Origin: Epithemia pelagica
Lineage: Eukaryota; Protista; Bacillariophyta
Direction: 5' to 3'
NCBI GenBank assembly: GCA_946965045.2
Contig: OX337229.1
Coordinates: 4,402,001 to 4,466,000, forward strand
DNA: 64,000 bases
Below the pieces are notes generated by a model. It was not told the origin of the DNA and did not search any database. It saw nothing but the letters and a program-made list of their open reading frames with translations. A program made the translations under genes and the position numbers. The number at the start of each line of letters is the position of its first letter. Position 1 is the first letter of the stretch. Positions 61,411-64,000 of the stretch are shown here, piece after piece.

Positions 61411-64000
61411 ATGGTGTTTGCTGCGTTTCGGAAAAAGAATAAACGTCCGGAACAGCCACCGGTGACTCGTCGTCGTGCTCGTTCCAAGGACAATTTTCGG
61501 CACTCCCCCGTGCCGGAACTGGAAGGAGAGGATGAGGACTATGACAGTGAAAATGAGGACTGGGCCATTCACCGCATTGCGACGGCTCCCACCATGGCGA
61601 GTACACCGCCCCGAAGGTCACTGGATCCCTCGTACGATAACAACAACAAAGCGCACAATGTGTCCATGACCAGCACTGCCAGTAGCAGTGGTGGAGGTGC
61701 CTGGCGCAAGCGACAACAAGAACGACAATCTCAGACAGGCAAACGATGGTCGCCCCCCAAACAAAGTCAATATAGCAACAAGAGATTGGATGTCAATGGC
61801 AAGCCACCCAGTCCTATTGATCCTACGGTAGTACAAGATGACGACGAGGAAGATGAAGAGGACGACTATGAGCAAGAGCAACAAGTTTGGTCGCATCATG
61901 TCAAACCGATTTCAGACGATGATCGCCATCCTATGATGGCTCCCTCTGGCCGCTCTCGTTCTCCCATTGTAGTATCCGATCAAGCCCCGAATTGGGCTGT
62001 GCGGACGGATGAATTGCGCAAGTCGGGCCGCCCCCACAAAACGCGGCGGTCTCGGAGCAATCCGTTGGTGCAATCCCAGAAATCTTCGGGGGCCCTTTCC
62101 GTGGTATCTCCTTCGCCTCGAGCGCGACGACGAAGACCGGGCCGAAATGGACGACGACGCGCTCTATCGGACGATGAAGACGACAATCGACTCTTGCATT
62201 CGCCCTCCTCGGACGACCATGCAGAGGACACCAAGGGAAAAGGTCGACGACGACGATCCCATTCGTCTTTTCAATCTCCCCAGAGTGTGGAATCACCAGT
62301 GGCCTTGTGGCGTCCCCCATCGGCGACGGGGCCCTTGGCCTTGTTGCGGCGACGTTCGCGCGATGCAGCTGGTGCTCCGGGACCGCAAGATTTGCAGCAC
62401 CAAGAAGAAGCCCCGCCACCGGAAGGGGCCATGGAATGGATGCAGTCTCTGTCCTTTCATTCGGATGGAACGGACGATCAGTCGATTGAAGTCATGACAC
62501 AAGAGACCAAGCAGCAATTGGCCGATCAACCATCCTTATCGGAAACCATGTTCCCCGCCAACATGGCCGTGCCCTCCCCCATCGCACCAACATCCGCGAG
62601 GCGGCGTCGATCCGAGCAAGCTCCCAGTACACCTCCCAAACATGCGCAGCCCATTCGGGCAAGCCAATCGAAAGATATCGAACCCGAATTAGAGGATTTG
62701 CCGCCTACCACAGGTCTCACCCCCCGAAGAACCACCAGTTTGGGCAGTGTCAACAATACTCCCCCGCCCTCGCGGAAAGCGTTGCCCTCACCCTTTTTGC
62801 TGCAACTCGAACAACAAGAGGATGAAGATGACCGCACGGAGGACGATGACATTCCTGTGGACAAGACCCGTGCCAACAAGACAATTCGATCCAGACCCTC
62901 TCGGGAAGAAATGAGTGGCTACGAAAATGAGGATGATCACTACGATGAAGACGAGGAGGAAGAAGAAGATGTACGTCTCCAAGATATTCGAGACAAGCAC
63001 CATACCCTCTCGCCGACACCTCCACCACCTCTGCGACCGCGGTCCACCCAACGACCCCATTCGCCATACCAAGTGGAAACAGTTGCATCGACGAGTACGA
63101 CTCAATCGCCACTGGAACCCACACGACGATCGTCCTCGCGTTCACGGCGATCCATGTCTGCCAGTCGTCGACGATCCTCCCGTAGCAAGAGTCGCAGTCG
63201 ATCTGCTCGACGGTCTCGTCCTGTTCGAGGAGAGGAAGACAGCAAGGATGGCACACGTACCTATGATAGCCAGACAACGGATGGTACCTCGTTGCGACAA
63301 GAATTTCGACAAGCCATGGACGAGACGGTCCAAAAAGTGGTGGAAACCTTTCGATGCCATCCCGATTTGACGCCTCAACAAATATTGTCCAACCCTACCA
63401 ATGTCATGAATCTCTTTTACGATACTCTGCTCTGTGTACCGGCCAAGGACCCAGCTGCTGAACGACAACGGCCTTATTACAACGAAGCCTTTACCAAGGA
63501 ATGGTTGAGACAAATGACAAATGTAGGAATGTCCATCTTGTATTTACAACCCCCGCGATCACCAGGTAATGAATTGTCGGATGAATGGAAGGGTCGCTCC
63601 GTACAATTGTCTATTGTGCCGGGTGGAACCAGTTCCAGTGATCCCGATGCCATTCAACCCAAGCTACAATGGTCCACCATGGCGGGAGGGAAGTCCAGTC
63701 TTCTGGTGACTACAAGCATCTGCTTGCTGCACATTCACTCCATTCTCACCACCACCTCCAGTACTGAAGGGGGTTCATTTTCCGGCATTGATATGCAAGA
63801 CGAGGAAGACGACGAATATCGTGAGAGTTCCAGTAATACTCAAAACAATTGTTTCTTGACGATTACTTCAGAACGAGGACAAGTTCACATGTTTGAAGCC
63901 GAATCCGAGGAGGCTCGCGATCGTCTTTTGAATGGATTGCGCAATGTCATTACCCGTCTCTCCTTCCATTTGATTGCAGGAGATGCTCGGGCCAGTGTTG
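61411..64000 (+). CDS. Large disordered protein with C-terminal PH-like domain, incomplete at the window edge
   Basis: ATG at 61411; I read this frame stop-free to 64000. CFLTITSERGQVHMFEAESEEARDRLLNGLR resembles a PH-domain C-terminal strand and helix. Not in the ORF track because no stop falls inside the window. Confidence 0.78.
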   Translation, partial: MVFAAFRKKNKRPEQPPVTRRRARSKDNFRHSPVPELEGEDEDYDSENEDWAIHRIATAPTMASTPPRRSLDPSYDNNNKAHNVSMTSTASSSGGGAWRKRQQERQSQTGKRWSPPKQSQYSNKRLDVNGKPPSPIDPTVVQDDDEEDEEDDYEQEQQVWSHHVKPISDDDRHPMMAPSGRSRSPIVVSDQAPNWAVRTDELRKSGRPHKTRRSRSNPLVQSQKSSGALSVVSPSPRARRRRPGRNGRRRALSDDEDDNRLLHSPSSDDHAEDTKGKGRRRRSHSSFQSPQSVESPVALWRPPSATGPLALLRRRSRDAAGAPGPQDLQHQEEAPPPEGAMEWMQSLSFHSDGTDDQSIEVMTQETKQQLADQPSLSETMFPANMAVPSPIAPTSARRRRSEQAPSTPPKHAQPIRASQSKDIEPELEDLPPTTGLTPRRTTSLGSVNNTPPPSRKALPSPFLLQLEQQEDEDDRTEDDDIPVDKTRANKTIRSRPSREEMSGYENEDDHYDEDEEEEEDVRLQDIRDKHHTLSPTPPPPLRPRSTQRPHSPYQVETVASTSTTQSPLEPTRRSSSRSRRSMSASRRRSSRSKSRSRSARRSRPVRGEEDSKDGTRTYDSQTTDGTSLRQEFRQAMDETVQKVVETFRCHPDLTPQQILSNPTNVMNLFYDTLLCVPAKDPAAERQRPYYNEAFTKEWLRQMTNVGMSILYLQPPRSPGNELSDEWKGRSVQLSIVPGGTSSSDPDAIQPKLQWSTMAGGKSSLLVTTSICLLHIHSILTTTSSTEGGSFSGIDMQDEEDDEYRESSSNTQNNCFLTITSERGQVHMFEAESEEARDRLLNGLRNVITRLSFHLIAGDARASV

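Noticed and set aside
1-64000. CRISPR arrays, rRNA, canonical tRNA genes, hammerhead ribozymes
   Set aside because: No repeat-spacer arrays, rRNA-like tracts, complete cloverleaves or CUGANGA/GAAA cores with supporting stems seen by eye.

Overview
Eukaryotic genomic DNA, most likely from a pennate diatom. Support: bipartite ASAFAP-like plastid presequences, short introns, CoDi-like Copia elements and an HSF gene with two DNA-binding domains. Positions 1-7.3 kb hold a hypothetical protein, plastid enoyl-ACP reductase, an FAD monooxygenase with a GC-AG intron and a cytochrome-b5/MAPR protein. Positions 7688-23167 are a nested pair of young Ty1/Copia LTR retrotransposons. The outer (+) element has identical 174-bp LTRs, a tRNA-like sequence in a heavily hairpinned 779-nt leader, and gag-pol in one frame separated by a TGA followed by a long stem-loop. 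It is interrupted inside RT by an antisense 8383-bp element with 783-bp LTRs, a 5-bp AGTAT TSD and an extra ORF upstream of gag. Both PBSs look complementary to tRNA anticodon arms (half-tRNA priming). The rest holds the double-HSF protein with an apparent Lin0512-like domain, a PPIL1-type cyclophilin, WDR4/Trm82, an RMDN-like TPR protein with a local duplication mosaic, a 1891-aa orphan, a CAX antiporter, TBL/PC-esterase and beta-propeller glyco-enzyme genes, a MaoC hydratase, three dirigent/AOC-barrel-like paralogs (two with lysine-rich microexons), a 556-bp P-like non-autonomous DNA transposon, and a PH-like-domain gene running off the right edge. All family assignments come from motif recognition by eye; no searches were run.
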